From IMG/VR virus record IMGVR_UViG_3300032286_000547, positions 46,148 through 110,147 of that record: 64,000 nucleotides of DNA; one strand, 5' to 3'. The translations under genes and the position numbers were made by a program. Origin of the DNA: a virus. The first letter of the stretch is position 1. Each line of letters begins with the position of its first letter. Shown here in pieces: positions 25,280 through 35,009 of this stretch. Below the pieces are notes generated by a model. The model saw only the letters and a program-made list of their open reading frames with translations, ran no database searches and was not told the origin of the DNA.

Positions 25280-26349
25280 TACATATCAAATAAGTCAGCT
25301 GGTGGAGGAGTAACTACTTCTTCTTCTTCCACTTCTATTTCCTCTACAGGAAGATCAGCTTCATTAATCTTAGCTATAATCTTCTCTCTTAGTTCATCAT
25401 AGAACTCTGGGTTATCTACAACCAACTGTTTGAATTCTTCTAAGTCATACTTAGTTCCATCAACAGTCATTGTCTTACCATACTTTCTACCTATCTCAAA
25501 CTCATTAAGAAGACTCATCATTTCATCAAGAACATCTATTCCTTTACCATATACAATCTCAAACTCTGATTTTCTATATGGAGGAGACATCTTGTTCTTG
25601 ATAGCTTTTAGTTTAGTGATATTACCATAGTTTACATCACCATCTTTTGCTAAAGTTCTAGACACTTCTATACGAACATCTGCATAGAATTTCAATGCAT
25701 GACCACCCTGAGTTGTTGTTGGGTTACCAAACATAACACCAATCTTCTCACGATACTGAGAGATAACAATCACACATGTATTATGTTGTGATAGAGCTCC
25801 CTTAAGTTTTGGATACGCATTACTGTTCAATAAAGCTTTTCTACCTATAGTAGAATCACCTACATCACCATCTAACATCTTCTTAGGAATCAATGAGCTA
25901 TCTGAATCGATGATAACTAGATCAATCTTTCCAGTGTTAATCATATCCATAGCAATGTTGAAACCTTCCTCACCACATGATGGTTGAGCAATCAACATCT
26001 TAGTTGTGTCCACTCCTAGTTTCTTGAAGTAGTTCTTATCAACAGCATGCTCACCATCGATATACAATACAGTTCCACCTTTCTTTTGACATTCTGCTGC
26101 AGCATGTCCACAGATTGTAGATTTACCTGTACCTTCCCATCCCATAAGCTCATATAGCTTACCTTTTACAAATCCTCCTACACCTAGAGTGATGTGATCA
26201 AAACCAATACTACCTGTACTGATTACATCATAGTCTCCTCCTGTTTTAGAGTCTAACGCTAATACTGAACCAACACCATACTTTTTGTTTAGGTTGTCGA
26301 TTACCTCTTGAAACTTATCATCAGTTTCTTTTACTGCTTTCTTTGCCAT
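25279..26349 (-). CDS. recA: RecA recombinase
   Basis: ISTGS...D..LGVGG, G.EG.GKST, ID.EHA, Q.REKIGVMFGNP.TT.GG.ALKFYA. Confidence 0.95.
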   Translation of the reverse strand: MAKKAVKETDDKFQEVIDNLNKKYGVGSVLALDSKTGGDYDVISTGSIGFDHITLGVGGFVKGKLYELMGWEGTGKSTICGHAAAECQKKGGTVLYIDGEHAVDKNYFKKLGVDTTKMLIAQPSCGEEGFNIAMDMINTGKIDLVIIDSDSSLIPKKMLDGDVGDSTIGRKALLNSNAYPKLKGALSQHNTCVIVISQYREKIGVMFGNPTTTQGGHALKFYADVRIEVSRTLAKDGDVNYGNITKLKAIKNKMSPPYRKSEFEIVYGKGIDVLDEMMSLLNEFEIGRKYGKTMTVDGTKYDLEEFKQLVVDNPEFYDELREKIIAKINEADLPVEEIEVEEEEVVTPPPADLFDM

Positions 26350-26410
26350 TATTTAATTGATTTTTAATTGTTTAAAGTTAGTGATTTTTCTGCTTTTCTG
26401 CAAGTGAAAT

Positions 26411-26520
26411 GTCAGGTTTTTTCCATCATTTACCTGACTTTTTGTGGTAAGAAATTCTTACATACCACTTAGAGTTTCTATTTAAGATTTGTAACAAATC
26501 TATTCTAAATTTGTTACAAA
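26411..26520. repeat. Three consecutive spaced inverted repeats upstream of recA
   Basis: GTCAGGT-N14-ACCTGAC; GTGGTA-N13-TACCAC; TTTGTAACAAAT-N9-ATTTGTTACAAA. Confidence 0.75.
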
Positions 26521-26533
26521 ATACGTTGAGGAT

Positions 26534-26562
26534 AAAAAAGCCCTAGATTTCTCCAGGGCCTT
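26534..26562 (-). terminator. Probable intrinsic terminator
   Basis: GCCCT...AGGGC stem with A run on the + side. Confidence 0.55.
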
Positions 26563-26590
26563 CCCAACAATTAAAAAACAGAACAGAAAT

Positions 26591-26773
26591 TTAATTAGTA
26601 TCACTCTGTCTTAGAGTGGTATTTCCTTTTATACGTTCATCGTATGGACAATGTCTACACTGTCCTCCGCAACATGGGCCTCTTTTTTCCAGGTATTCCT
26701 TCGTGAAGTGCACTCTCCCTTCTTCCAGGTAGTAGTCTATTCCCTCTGTAAACTTTCTTTTTTCTTTGTCCAT
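26591..26773 (-). CDS. Cys-rich protein, DUF5522-like
   Basis: DYY...G...FT..YL..RG.CCG..CRHCPY. Confidence 0.75.
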   Translation of the reverse strand: MDKEKRKFTEGIDYYLEEGRVHFTKEYLEKRGPCCGGQCRHCPYDERIKGNTTLRQSDTN

Positions 26774-26951
26774 GTTCTTTATTCATTTTTGAGGGTATCT
26801 CAATTTCACCCTCGTTAAATAACTTTTCTACAGATGCTATGTCTAAGTTAAAACTATCTGATATAAAATCTGCAGATAGCTGTGGAAACCTTTCTTTGCA
26901 TTCATATATCAAAAGCTTAGTTTTTAGTGACAGCTTTTTTATATAGGGCAT
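26655..26951 (-). CDS. Hypothetical protein
   Basis: ORF in operon; C-terminal 119 nt overlap the next gene. Confidence 0.45.
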   Translation of the reverse strand: MPYIKKLSLKTKLLIYECKERFPQLSADFISDSFNLDIASVEKLFNEGEIEIPSKMNKEHGQRKKKVYRGNRLLPGRRESALHEGIPGKKRPMLRRTV

Positions 26952-27177
26952 TTTTAGTTTGTTTTAATAGTTGCGACTCATCTGCAAACACATATCTGTA
27001 TTTTGTATCCTTGTATTCATCCATTATATATGGATTCTCTAATTTCCTAAAGAAGTTCTTAACATCATTGGTTTCCACAGCAACAATGAAATGAGCATCA
27101 TTATATCCACATACACGTCCTTGATACTTTGGATACACTACTAGCATATTCTTAAACTGTTGAAATAGCTTTTCCAT
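26917..27177 (-). CDS. Hypothetical protein
   Basis: 86 aa ORF in operon. Confidence 0.55.
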   Translation of the reverse strand: MEKLFQQFKNMLVVYPKYQGRVCGYNDAHFIVAVETNDVKNFFRKLENPYIMDEYKDTKYRYVFADESQLLKQTKNALYKKAVTKN

Positions 27178-27487
27178 CTTTATCTAGGTTTAAAGTTCTT
27201 AATCTATTCTCTAGTTCATATTCCACCTTCAGAATGAAATTAATCTTCTCTTCAAGTTCTTGTTCTAGAATTCTTCCTGCAAATGGCATAAGTTCTTGAA
27301 GATTTGTAATCACCTTTGCTAACCCATGTCGTGTAGTGATTTCTTCATACTTAAATCCAGGGATCCAAGTAATATCATTAAACACTTGATCTACATAAGC
27401 TAACACAGATGGTATCTCTAAAAGCATACCAGATTCACCATACAGATAATCTTTATACTTATCATTGAATTCTTTACTTGTTCTCAT
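27152..27487 (-). CDS. Hypothetical protein
   Basis: 111 aa ORF. Confidence 0.55.
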   Translation of the reverse strand: MRTSKEFNDKYKDYLYGESGMLLEIPSVLAYVDQVFNDITWIPGFKYEEITTRHGLAKVITNLQELMPFAGRILEQELEEKINFILKVEYELENRLRTLNLDKDGKAISTV

Positions 27488-27558
27488 TTCTTTTTCTTTT
27501 TATATTGTTAAATAAGTTTCTAATCTTCCGACCAAGTTCTTGATCATTTGGTGTGGAT

Positions 27559-27966
27559 TCAATTATCCTCACTATCTGCAGTAACATCGCTATCATCTGA
27601 CACAGGTTTAAGTTTGTTCTCTAATATGTCAAATGCAACATCTATAGAAGATAGCTCTGCTTCTTTTCTTGTTTTATAAAAAGATTGGTCATCTGCTTCT
27701 TCTACAGCCCAAGTGAATCCAAAGTTATCATGATATTTGATTATTATAATAACATCGTTTGCATCAAACACATCAAAGAGCATCCTTGGATTTGCATCAA
27801 TCATTATTCCTAATTTATCATTTTCTATTCCTTGTTCACGCATGAAATTTTTGAAGTCATCTGGTACACTTTCGTCTTTCAATGATTCAATCATTTGCTC
27901 AAGAAACCAAGCTTTAACCACTGCAGTTGCATGTGGGTAATTTTCTAAAAGTTGTAATCCTGTCAT
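27559..27966 (-). CDS. Hypothetical acidic protein
   Basis: 135 aa ORF. Confidence 0.6.
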   Translation of the reverse strand: MTGLQLLENYPHATAVVKAWFLEQMIESLKDESVPDDFKNFMREQGIENDKLGIMIDANPRMLFDVFDANDVIIIIKYHDNFGFTWAVEEADDQSFYKTRKEAELSSIDVAFDILENKLKPVSDDSDVTADSEDN

Positions 27967-27967
27967 A

Positions 27968-28171
27968 TTATTCTGATTTTATATTTTGTTTTAATTCTAT
28001 TTCTGCATCTTTCCACCAGTCTCTTTCATAATCAAGTTCACTTAATGGATCAAGGTCTTTGCAAGCATTGTATCTAATATCATACATAAGGCTTGCTAAT
28101 CTACAAAATTCAGCAGCATTCTTGCTACCTACTTCTTCTATAATAACTTCTAAGATTTCTCTATTGCACAT
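27968..28171 (-). CDS. Hypothetical protein
   Basis: 67 aa ORF. Confidence 0.5.
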   Translation of the reverse strand: MCNREILEVIIEEVGSKNAAEFCRLASLMYDIRYNACKDLDPLSELDYERDWWKDAEIELKQNIKSE

Positions 28172-28728
28172 AAGTCTTTTATTTTATCAAGTTCTAAAAT
28201 TTCTTTTTGTTCGTCCCAACCTTCCCACACTTCAAAATCATCTCCAATAATTTCAACCAAATCAATTCCTAGTTTGTCTTCCCAGAAGCTAACAAGGTCT
28301 TCAGCTTTATTGAAAATTCTATATTGTAGTGAGATCTCGTCTTTGTGTAATCCATTTCTGGTAATCTTAATCACCTTTGGAAACAGCTTTTGAAACTGAG
28401 CAGATGTTTTGGAATATTTACCTTGCTTAATAAGAGTAAAGTCTTTCTTATACTTGTCATCAAGTTGATATACCACTACAACAAATCCATCTTCATAATC
28501 ATAGTCTTCAATCACTGCTTTTGTTCTCTCATATTCATTGTCTAAGAACTCTCTGAACTTATCCAAGTTCTCAGGCTTAAACAATAAATAGATGCATTCA
28601 TCATAATGGTCTTCCTTTCTTGCATCTTTTACATATGCATTAATGAAACCATTTCCTCTAAGAGCGTCTTTAGGTACCTTGAGTGTAGGTACCATAAAGA
28701 TGCTAGTTATATTCTTTTTAATCTCCAT
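28150..28728 (-). CDS. Hypothetical protein following the PD-(D/E)xK nuclease
   Basis: 192 aa; GKYS motif. Confidence 0.6.
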   Translation of the reverse strand: MEIKKNITSIFMVPTLKVPKDALRGNGFINAYVKDARKEDHYDECIYLLFKPENLDKFREFLDNEYERTKAVIEDYDYEDGFVVVVYQLDDKYKKDFTLIKQGKYSKTSAQFQKLFPKVIKITRNGLHKDEISLQYRIFNKAEDLVSFWEDKLGIDLVEIIGDDFEVWEGWDEQKEILELDKIKDLCAIEKS

Positions 28729-28729
28729 A

Positions 28730-29782
28730 TCATCCTTTGATATTTACTATTCCATTAGACAAATAATTCTTGTGGCTTATATTCCATGTGTTGGTAGTGA
28801 TGCACCAAGTGAGAGCAGCAATAAGATCTTTTACACCAGGATAAGTTCTTCCTTTGTGTACAAATCCTTCATATGCATCTTCCATATCTTCTAAATCAAG
28901 AGTGTATATTAATGGTTGATAGTAATTTGTGCTATCGCACACAATGAATTTTAGAAACTCCACTCCATATCCATAATAAGGACTATCTTCATTTCTTACA
29001 AGATGTAACATTGCATGATAATAAAGATAGGCTTGGATGTATGCTCTTCTGTAAAGATAATATTCTTCATAGAAATTTTCAACACTCCATGTACATTTAA
29101 GATCATATGGCTGGATAATCTTTTCTTTGTGGTCAATCACCACTTTATCAATCATAGATTTAAATTGATGTCCATCAATTATATATCCTTCCACTTGCAT
29201 TTGATCAATCACTTCATATCTAGAACTATTAACTAAGTTTACAATTGGTGCTGTTGTACTATTGGTCCTAAGCTGTTCTACAATCTTCTCTGCAATAGAT
29301 ATCTCCATAGTGTTCACAACAGTTAGATTATTAGTTCTCACTCTTCTGATTTCATTATAATATATCTCTGCATCAGATCCAATAAACTTATTTACTACAG
29401 CTTCATATTTGATTTTGAATCCAGAATCTTTATATGCTGCTTCTAATAATTCATTCATTGGTGTTCCCACTACACCAAATTCATCTGTAGCATCTCTTGT
29501 ATGTTTATACAATGCTTCTACAAAATCTAACATAAGTCCTGTAGGTGTAGAAGCACAAGATGACATATAGAACTTCTCATCAAATAGATGTGGTTCCATA
29601 AGTAGGGTTTCAACTATTCTACCCATATTAGCTGCTAAGCTATCTTTGTCTTCTACCTTCTCTCCAAGGAAGTATTTCTTGTAATACTTCTTTCTATCTG
29701 TAGAGAAATCTTTTAAGCTACTGGATGAATCCATAACCACTGCTCTGTATTGAGCTTCTGTCTTTGTTGTTCCTTTTATCAT
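28730..29782 (-). CDS. PD-(D/E)xK exonuclease (RecB/ExoVIII-like)
   Basis: S.S.LK, G..VE.LL.EP, KSMID.V.ID...YDLK.T, Y.QA..Y. Confidence 0.8.
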   Translation of the reverse strand: MIKGTTKTEAQYRAVVMDSSSSLKDFSTDRKKYYKKYFLGEKVEDKDSLAANMGRIVETLLMEPHLFDEKFYMSSCASTPTGLMLDFVEALYKHTRDATDEFGVVGTPMNELLEAAYKDSGFKIKYEAVVNKFIGSDAEIYYNEIRRVRTNNLTVVNTMEISIAEKIVEQLRTNSTTAPIVNLVNSSRYEVIDQMQVEGYIIDGHQFKSMIDKVVIDHKEKIIQPYDLKCTWSVENFYEEYYLYRRAYIQAYLYYHAMLHLVRNEDSPYYGYGVEFLKFIVCDSTNYYQPLIYTLDLEDMEDAYEGFVHKGRTYPGVKDLIAALTWCITTNTWNISHKNYLSNGIVNIKG

Positions 29783-30009
29783 AATGTCTGTTTAAATGCT
29801 TCTATAATTTGTGGATACAATGCTCTCACTTCTCTTGGTACTCTACTGAAGAACCATCTAACCTCTAGTTCATACTGATCACCTTTGTCATCTAATCCTT
29901 GTGGATGTATTAACCAGAAATAGTGATACTTCCCTTCATGTTCTACATGTCCTTCATGCCATATTTCATTGAATGAAGGTGTCTTATTTATTGTTATTGC
30001 GTTTGTCAT
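29779..30009 (-). CDS. Hypothetical protein
   Basis: 76 aa, ATGA coupling. Confidence 0.55.
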   Translation of the reverse strand: MTNAITINKTPSFNEIWHEGHVEHEGKYHYFWLIHPQGLDDKGDQYELEVRWFFSRVPREVRALYPQIIEAFKQTL

Positions 30010-30338
30010 AATTCAAGTTTTTTTAAATCTTCATCAATTCTTTCTAAAAATATTTCTTCACCATCATCTCCTGATAGTAACCAATCTATTCTATGTATAT
30101 AAATTTGTGCTATCTTAACCATTGTTGATGCAGACTTAAACTGTTTAATTACTTCATCAGAATATTTATAATGATTTAGATCTTCAGGGTATTTCTCATA
30201 CCATTCATCATCATGCCATCTTTCATCTTTAAGTTGTTCTTCAGTTTTAGGCTGACCATTTTGTTGAATAAGCTTATCTATATCCTCTGCTATATCAGTA
30301 AATCTATACTGAATATATTCCCAATGTCCTCCACTCAT
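30006..30338 (-). CDS. Conserved phage hypothetical protein (MSGGH..Y / DWL.SGDDGE)
   Basis: 110 aa ORF. Confidence 0.6.
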   Translation of the reverse strand: MSGGHWEYIQYRFTDIAEDIDKLIQQNGQPKTEEQLKDERWHDDEWYEKYPEDLNHYKYSDEVIKQFKSASTMVKIAQIYIHRIDWLLSGDDGEEIFLERIDEDLKKLEL

Positions 30339-30495
30339 AATTAATATAATTTAATTCTATAGCCCCATCTTGATGCAGCCATAAATTGTTGAAAATAACA
30401 GTCTTGCCAATAATATATCATTTGGTCATCCACTTTATCATAAAATGGTGCTCTTGTAGTTTTGACCATGGTCCATCTACTTATAAGATTCTTTA

Positions 30496-30885
30496 TCATT
30501 TTGTTTTAGTTTTAGATTGTTTCTCTTTTAATGTTTTTGCATCATGACATGTTGTACATAACACCTGTAGATTATCTTGTTCACAGAATAAACGTTCTAC
30601 AAATAGAGGTAAGTCTTGTGCTGTGTTTAAACTTCCTGCAGGTATAATGTGATCTACATTAATCTGCTTCTCTGGAAACCATCTTTTACACTTCTTACAT
30701 TGGTATTCATATTTCTGACGTTTACTTGGTCCTTTATATAATCTACGTGCATTAAGTTTGCATATCGATATGGGCTTCCACCATCTACTCTTTTGTCTCA
30801 AAGCACTTCTTATGAAGCTCCAGAAGGCTGCCTCACTCATCGTACCATCACATCTTGTCTTTGGGACCAACACTCTCTTTGCCAT
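30496..30885 (-). CDS. HNH endonuclease
   Basis: Y.C..C..WF....VDHI.P...NLQVLC..CH..KT. Confidence 0.85.
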   Translation of the reverse strand: MAKRVLVPKTRCDGTMSEAAFWSFIRSALRQKSRWWKPISICKLNARRLYKGPSKRQKYEYQCKKCKRWFPEKQINVDHIIPAGSLNTAQDLPLFVERLFCEQDNLQVLCTTCHDAKTLKEKQSKTKTK

Positions 30886-30899
30886 GTAATTATAATTAA

Positions 30900-30936
30900 G
30901 TTATGTCACAAATATATACTAAATTTGTGACATAAC
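30900..30936. repeat. Perfect 14-bp inverted repeat with 9-nt spacer overlapping a - strand TATATTTG promoter element
   Basis: GTTATGTCACAAAT-atatactaa-ATTTGTGACATAAC. Confidence 0.8.
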
Positions 30937-30948
30937 AATAATTAATTA

Positions 30949-32490
30949 TTACTTAATTGTGCTAACACGTTTGCTTATTTTAGCTTTCATGTCACTAAGA
31001 GAATTAACAATATTAGTTATTTCTGTAGCAGAGATAGCTGGCATGTTGAATTGATACTTCTTAGATTCAGTAGCAAATCCTTCTTTAGCTCTCTCAGCAA
31101 GAGATTCTAATTCACGGATAGCATAGTCTTCATCTAATTGGATTGTATCAAACATTCCATCATGTAGAATTCTAGTAGCTTCTTCTCTTGGTACAGTCAT
31201 AATTGGAAGATACTCATAACATCTACCCTTGTGTTGACCAATACCAACCACTTTCATAGGATTGATAAGAACAATAACAGATTGATCACCACAACCTACA
31301 TAGTGAATCTGATCAGCTGTGAAGTGTAATCCTGCAGCAGCACAATCTTGTGTACTCCAGTTACATTCTTCCATAGGCATACTAGTCACTTGTCCAATAC
31401 GGATATCAAATGTTTTGGTCCAGTCATCTGTAAATCTGTTCTCTTCTCTATTAGGAAGATCTAGATATAGTTCAACTAATCCACCAATCTTCTGACCATG
31501 GTCTACAGGAACTGTTTGCTCATATTCATATTCTTCCACTTCTCCTGTTCCATTACAAGTATCACAGTCTTCCCAGTCATTATCATCTTCCCATGCATCA
31601 TTGTACCAACCACCTTCACCATCACAATCTGGACATGTTGCACTTTCTATAACTACAGTTTTAAACAACTTATCATCATGTACAAGTTTGTATTCACCAT
31701 TCTCTAAGAATATTGTATATTCATTTGGATTCTTCTTCCATACAGCTTTCACTTTATTGTATGCATTACTAATGAAATGTACAAGTTCTGGTGATCCATG
31801 TAATGTTACAACATTTCTCAATGCTACAACAAAACCTTGTCTTGTGATTCTGAAAGAATTCTCACTCAAGAATCTGTATAACTCATGTGCCACCTCAGCT
31901 CTTGGGTTTAGACAACACCACATAAAGAAGTTCTTCAATGCTACATATTCATCATCTTGATTCAATTGTACTTGAAACATTTCTTGAGATGGTTCATTAG
32001 CCACTCTATCCACTACACGAATAAATTCTTCTACTAATATCTGAGGAAGACTTCTAGATGTACCAGTTAGATAAACTGTACTTCCTTCTACAGTGAAATC
32101 ATTTAGACAACCAAGTATTTCTATACCCTGTTGTAGAGCTTTCATTCTAGCTGCTTCAGCTCTAACTTTCTCTACATCTTGTAACACTTCATGAGAAGCT
32201 ACAATAGCATGAATTTCATGCACACTTCTTGCATTTACAACAGCATGATAATCTTCTTCTGTTGCTGAAGGTTTATTCAAAATACTTCCATCATTCAACA
32301 CTACAGTGAGTGTATCATTAATCAGCTTAAGGCTGAAATATGGTTTCTCAAACACTTTTTTGTCAAGATCATAATCAGAACCTACTTGTTCTTGTTCCAT
32401 AATACTGTCTAACTTGTTAGCTATCACTTTAGCTATTGCGTTCTCTGCTGTTTGCTTGAACCAGTCAAGACTTAAAAATTTGTTACTCAT
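30949..32490 (-). CDS. rIIB-like protein with inserted CxxCxGxG zinc finger
   Basis: NP......LY.FL......IT..G..VA, C..GLH, V.INP..VV, KGRC.EY; follows rIIA-like gene. Confidence 0.75.
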   Translation of the reverse strand: MSNKFLSLDWFKQTAENAIAKVIANKLDSIMEQEQVGSDYDLDKKVFEKPYFSLKLINDTLTVVLNDGSILNKPSATEEDYHAVVNARSVHEIHAIVASHEVLQDVEKVRAEAARMKALQQGIEILGCLNDFTVEGSTVYLTGTSRSLPQILVEEFIRVVDRVANEPSQEMFQVQLNQDDEYVALKNFFMWCCLNPRAEVAHELYRFLSENSFRITRQGFVVALRNVVTLHGSPELVHFISNAYNKVKAVWKKNPNEYTIFLENGEYKLVHDDKLFKTVVIESATCPDCDGEGGWYNDAWEDDNDWEDCDTCNGTGEVEEYEYEQTVPVDHGQKIGGLVELYLDLPNREENRFTDDWTKTFDIRIGQVTSMPMEECNWSTQDCAAAGLHFTADQIHYVGCGDQSVIVLINPMKVVGIGQHKGRCYEYLPIMTVPREEATRILHDGMFDTIQLDEDYAIRELESLAERAKEGFATESKKYQFNMPAISATEITNIVNSLSDMKAKISKRVSTIK

Positions 32491-32527
32491 GATTTTTATT
32501 TATTAATTAATTGTTACACTTTTTAAA

Positions 32528-32554
32528 CTTGAGGTCACAATTTGCGACCTCAAG
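32528..32554. repeat. 27-bp near-perfect intergenic palindrome
   Basis: CTTGAGGTCACAA-T-TTGCGACCTCAAG. Confidence 0.8.
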
Positions 32555-32560
32555 ATTTTA

Positions 32561-32668
32561 TTATTCTTCATCATCCCAAAACTCACAATGTTCCATACAT
32601 GATGGACATAAATCTATGTCATCTGCATATTCTGAATATGCACCACAACAGTCACTTACTAAAGCCAT
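32561..32668 (-). CDS. 35-aa Cys-rich microprotein
   Basis: MALVSDCCGAYSEYADDIDLCPSCMEHCEFWDDEE, translated by hand. Confidence 0.6.
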   Translation of the reverse strand: MALVSDCCGAYSEYADDIDLCPSCMEHCEFWDDEE

Positions 32669-32670
32669 AA

Positions 32671-34998
32671 TTAGTCTATTAATTGTTCAACGGTTTCTTC
32701 TGTCAACACTTCTTCATTAATTCTAATGTTGTAGTGTTTTAGGTTCACTCTGTGCTTGTAATACTTAAATAAGTCAGTCATCACATTAATGATTGGATCT
32801 TGTTCATTATAAAATCCAATTTTTTGACACAAAGGATTTAAGAACACTAATTTAGTCAATAATTCTCTCATTTCCAAGGCTTCAGGATACATATTCATAT
32901 CGAATAAGTTATTTTCTTCAGCTATGGATAACATAGATTCTAAGAATTCTTTTGCTGGACCACTTCCTCCAGAATATCCAGGGATAACATAATTATCACT
33001 AACATATTTAGCTAAAGCATTTAACTTCTGACTAAGTTCTGTAGATACATATCCTACTTGAGTACTTCTTTCAAATATAGGTTTGTATTCGTCCATCAAT
33101 TTTCTAATGTAGCATGCTGTGGCCATTCTTTTGAATGGTGCTGTATTTCCTTCCATAAATGTTTCTAATGATATTAAATTATGAATCTCTGAATCTTTCA
33201 ATATAGTTAACTCTCTTTGAGAGAATGTAACCACTTCCATTTTTTGTTTGCTTATAAGACCATACAATGCATCTATCTTTAGATAGTCATCATGGTGAGC
33301 ATACACTCTCAACATGTTGTGAGTATGCATCTCTTCTAACTTATAAGTAATAGGAACGAATTTACAGTTTCTACCATCACTCCATTTCATAAGTTCTTCA
33401 GCACGTTTACCAATCACTTCTCCTTTAAGTTTAGGACCTCTTGCTACTGATTGACCAGTACCACTTACAATTGCTCTCACTTTCTTTCTAGAATCAATAA
33501 ATGCTTGTGGCACTTGTAGTTCATCTAGATTTATAAAAGATTCAGACAACATGGCTACAATAGATTGATATTCTTTAATAACATCTCTCCATTGATCTTT
33601 AGGATAGTTCTTCAAGTCTAATAGGTGATAATATGTTCTAACGTCAAACTTAGCAGGAATTCCTAATGTCATAGGCTTGCTTGGTTTTACAACAAACACT
33701 TTATCACTGTTACTATAGATACTTCTCAAATAATCTTTCTTGATTCCTGGCACCTTATCTTCATAGATGTACACTTTCACATCATTAGAAGCTAAAGATT
33801 GAGGTTTCCAATACCAATTGTATCCTTTTGTAGCGTCCATCATTCTCTTGTTGTTCAAATAGAACTTAGGAGAGAAGTCTTCTAATAGATAATTCTTTTT
33901 GTTAGAAGAATAGAGTGCTGCAAAATCAATAAGAGAAAGTCCTTCCAGCTGTGGAGTTTTGATTTGAACAGTTGCATATTGTTCAAGATCATCAATTTTA
34001 ACAGATGAACCATTGAACTCGATATAATTTCCTGATTTCTCTAGGTGATTAATCATAGATCTAATATCACATCCACTCTCTACATTTTCGTTGTATTTAT
34101 TTATAAAATAATTAGCAACGTCTGCAAGTTTAGATTTAATAATCTCTTTTGCCTCTTGAGTATATCTGATAGACTCTCTGTTTGGTGTTGGATAGATTCC
34201 ATCTGTTAGAGAAAATCTAAGACCAATAGGGAAAATTATTCTATCTACACCTATCTTATCAAAGTCTAATGGATAGTACACATTGTCTAAACATATGTGT
34301 AACTCTCTTGATTCACATAATTCAGAAAACTGAAAATCAGGATGTCTAGAGATGATGAACTCATTATGGATACTGCTATCAGATGGTACATCAAAATACA
34401 CATCTTCGAAATAACAAAGCTGTTCTTTGATCTTTTGTCTGAACTGATACTGATGTTGATACTTAACTGGTACAATCACCTTAACACCGTTTCTCTCTGT
34501 TGTAGGAGTTTCATGAAGAAGATCGATAGTATTTACATCTTCTCCTTCATACATCATATACTTACGTTCCATACCATCTTTTCTACATACAAAGTAGAAA
34601 CTAGATGAATAAGCAAGAGGTGCTTTGAAACCAAGACCCATCATACCAAGCTCAGTGTTACTTTCACGCTTAGTAGACTTACCATACTTACTAATAATGT
34701 TCTTTACATCATCAGCATCAAGACCAATACCAAAATCTTCTACACAAAATTCATAATTGTAGCTAGAACTTTCCTTAAAGGAAACAATAATTGGATCTTT
34801 CACTCCAGCTCTTCTATGACTATCTAGAGCATTACTTGCACACTCTCTGATAGTAGAGCCTATATCATCTGAATACAGATTCTTACTTAACATCTGCATC
34901 AATATCTGAGCAGAATCTAAGTCTAGTGACATTCCAATTGATTCTTGTGCTTGTCCATCAACTAGGACATTTGCTTCTTTCTGTTTTTCTAAAATCAT
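32671..34998 (-). CDS. rIIA-like protein with N-terminal GHKL (Hsp90-like) ATPase
   Basis: LS..LYS....IRE..SNA.DSH, D.G.G, YG.STK, G..GLG.K, PNRE. Confidence 0.85.
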   Translation of the reverse strand: MILEKQKEANVLVDGQAQESIGMSLDLDSAQILMQMLSKNLYSDDIGSTIRECASNALDSHRRAGVKDPIIVSFKESSSYNYEFCVEDFGIGLDADDVKNIISKYGKSTKRESNTELGMMGLGFKAPLAYSSSFYFVCRKDGMERKYMMYEGEDVNTIDLLHETPTTERNGVKVIVPVKYQHQYQFRQKIKEQLCYFEDVYFDVPSDSSIHNEFIISRHPDFQFSELCESRELHICLDNVYYPLDFDKIGVDRIIFPIGLRFSLTDGIYPTPNRESIRYTQEAKEIIKSKLADVANYFINKYNENVESGCDIRSMINHLEKSGNYIEFNGSSVKIDDLEQYATVQIKTPQLEGLSLIDFAALYSSNKKNYLLEDFSPKFYLNNKRMMDATKGYNWYWKPQSLASNDVKVYIYEDKVPGIKKDYLRSIYSNSDKVFVVKPSKPMTLGIPAKFDVRTYYHLLDLKNYPKDQWRDVIKEYQSIVAMLSESFINLDELQVPQAFIDSRKKVRAIVSGTGQSVARGPKLKGEVIGKRAEELMKWSDGRNCKFVPITYKLEEMHTHNMLRVYAHHDDYLKIDALYGLISKQKMEVVTFSQRELTILKDSEIHNLISLETFMEGNTAPFKRMATACYIRKLMDEYKPIFERSTQVGYVSTELSQKLNALAKYVSDNYVIPGYSGGSGPAKEFLESMLSIAEENNLFDMNMYPEALEMRELLTKLVFLNPLCQKIGFYNEQDPIINVMTDLFKYYKHRVNLKHYNIRINEEVLTEETVEQLID

Positions 34999-35009
34999 CT
35001 TGCTTTAAT

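Noticed and set aside
32511-32720. + strand 69-aa ORF containing LRSQFATS as a real ORF6N gene
   Set aside because: Antisense to coupled genes and lacks the rest of the domain; only the palindrome is supported
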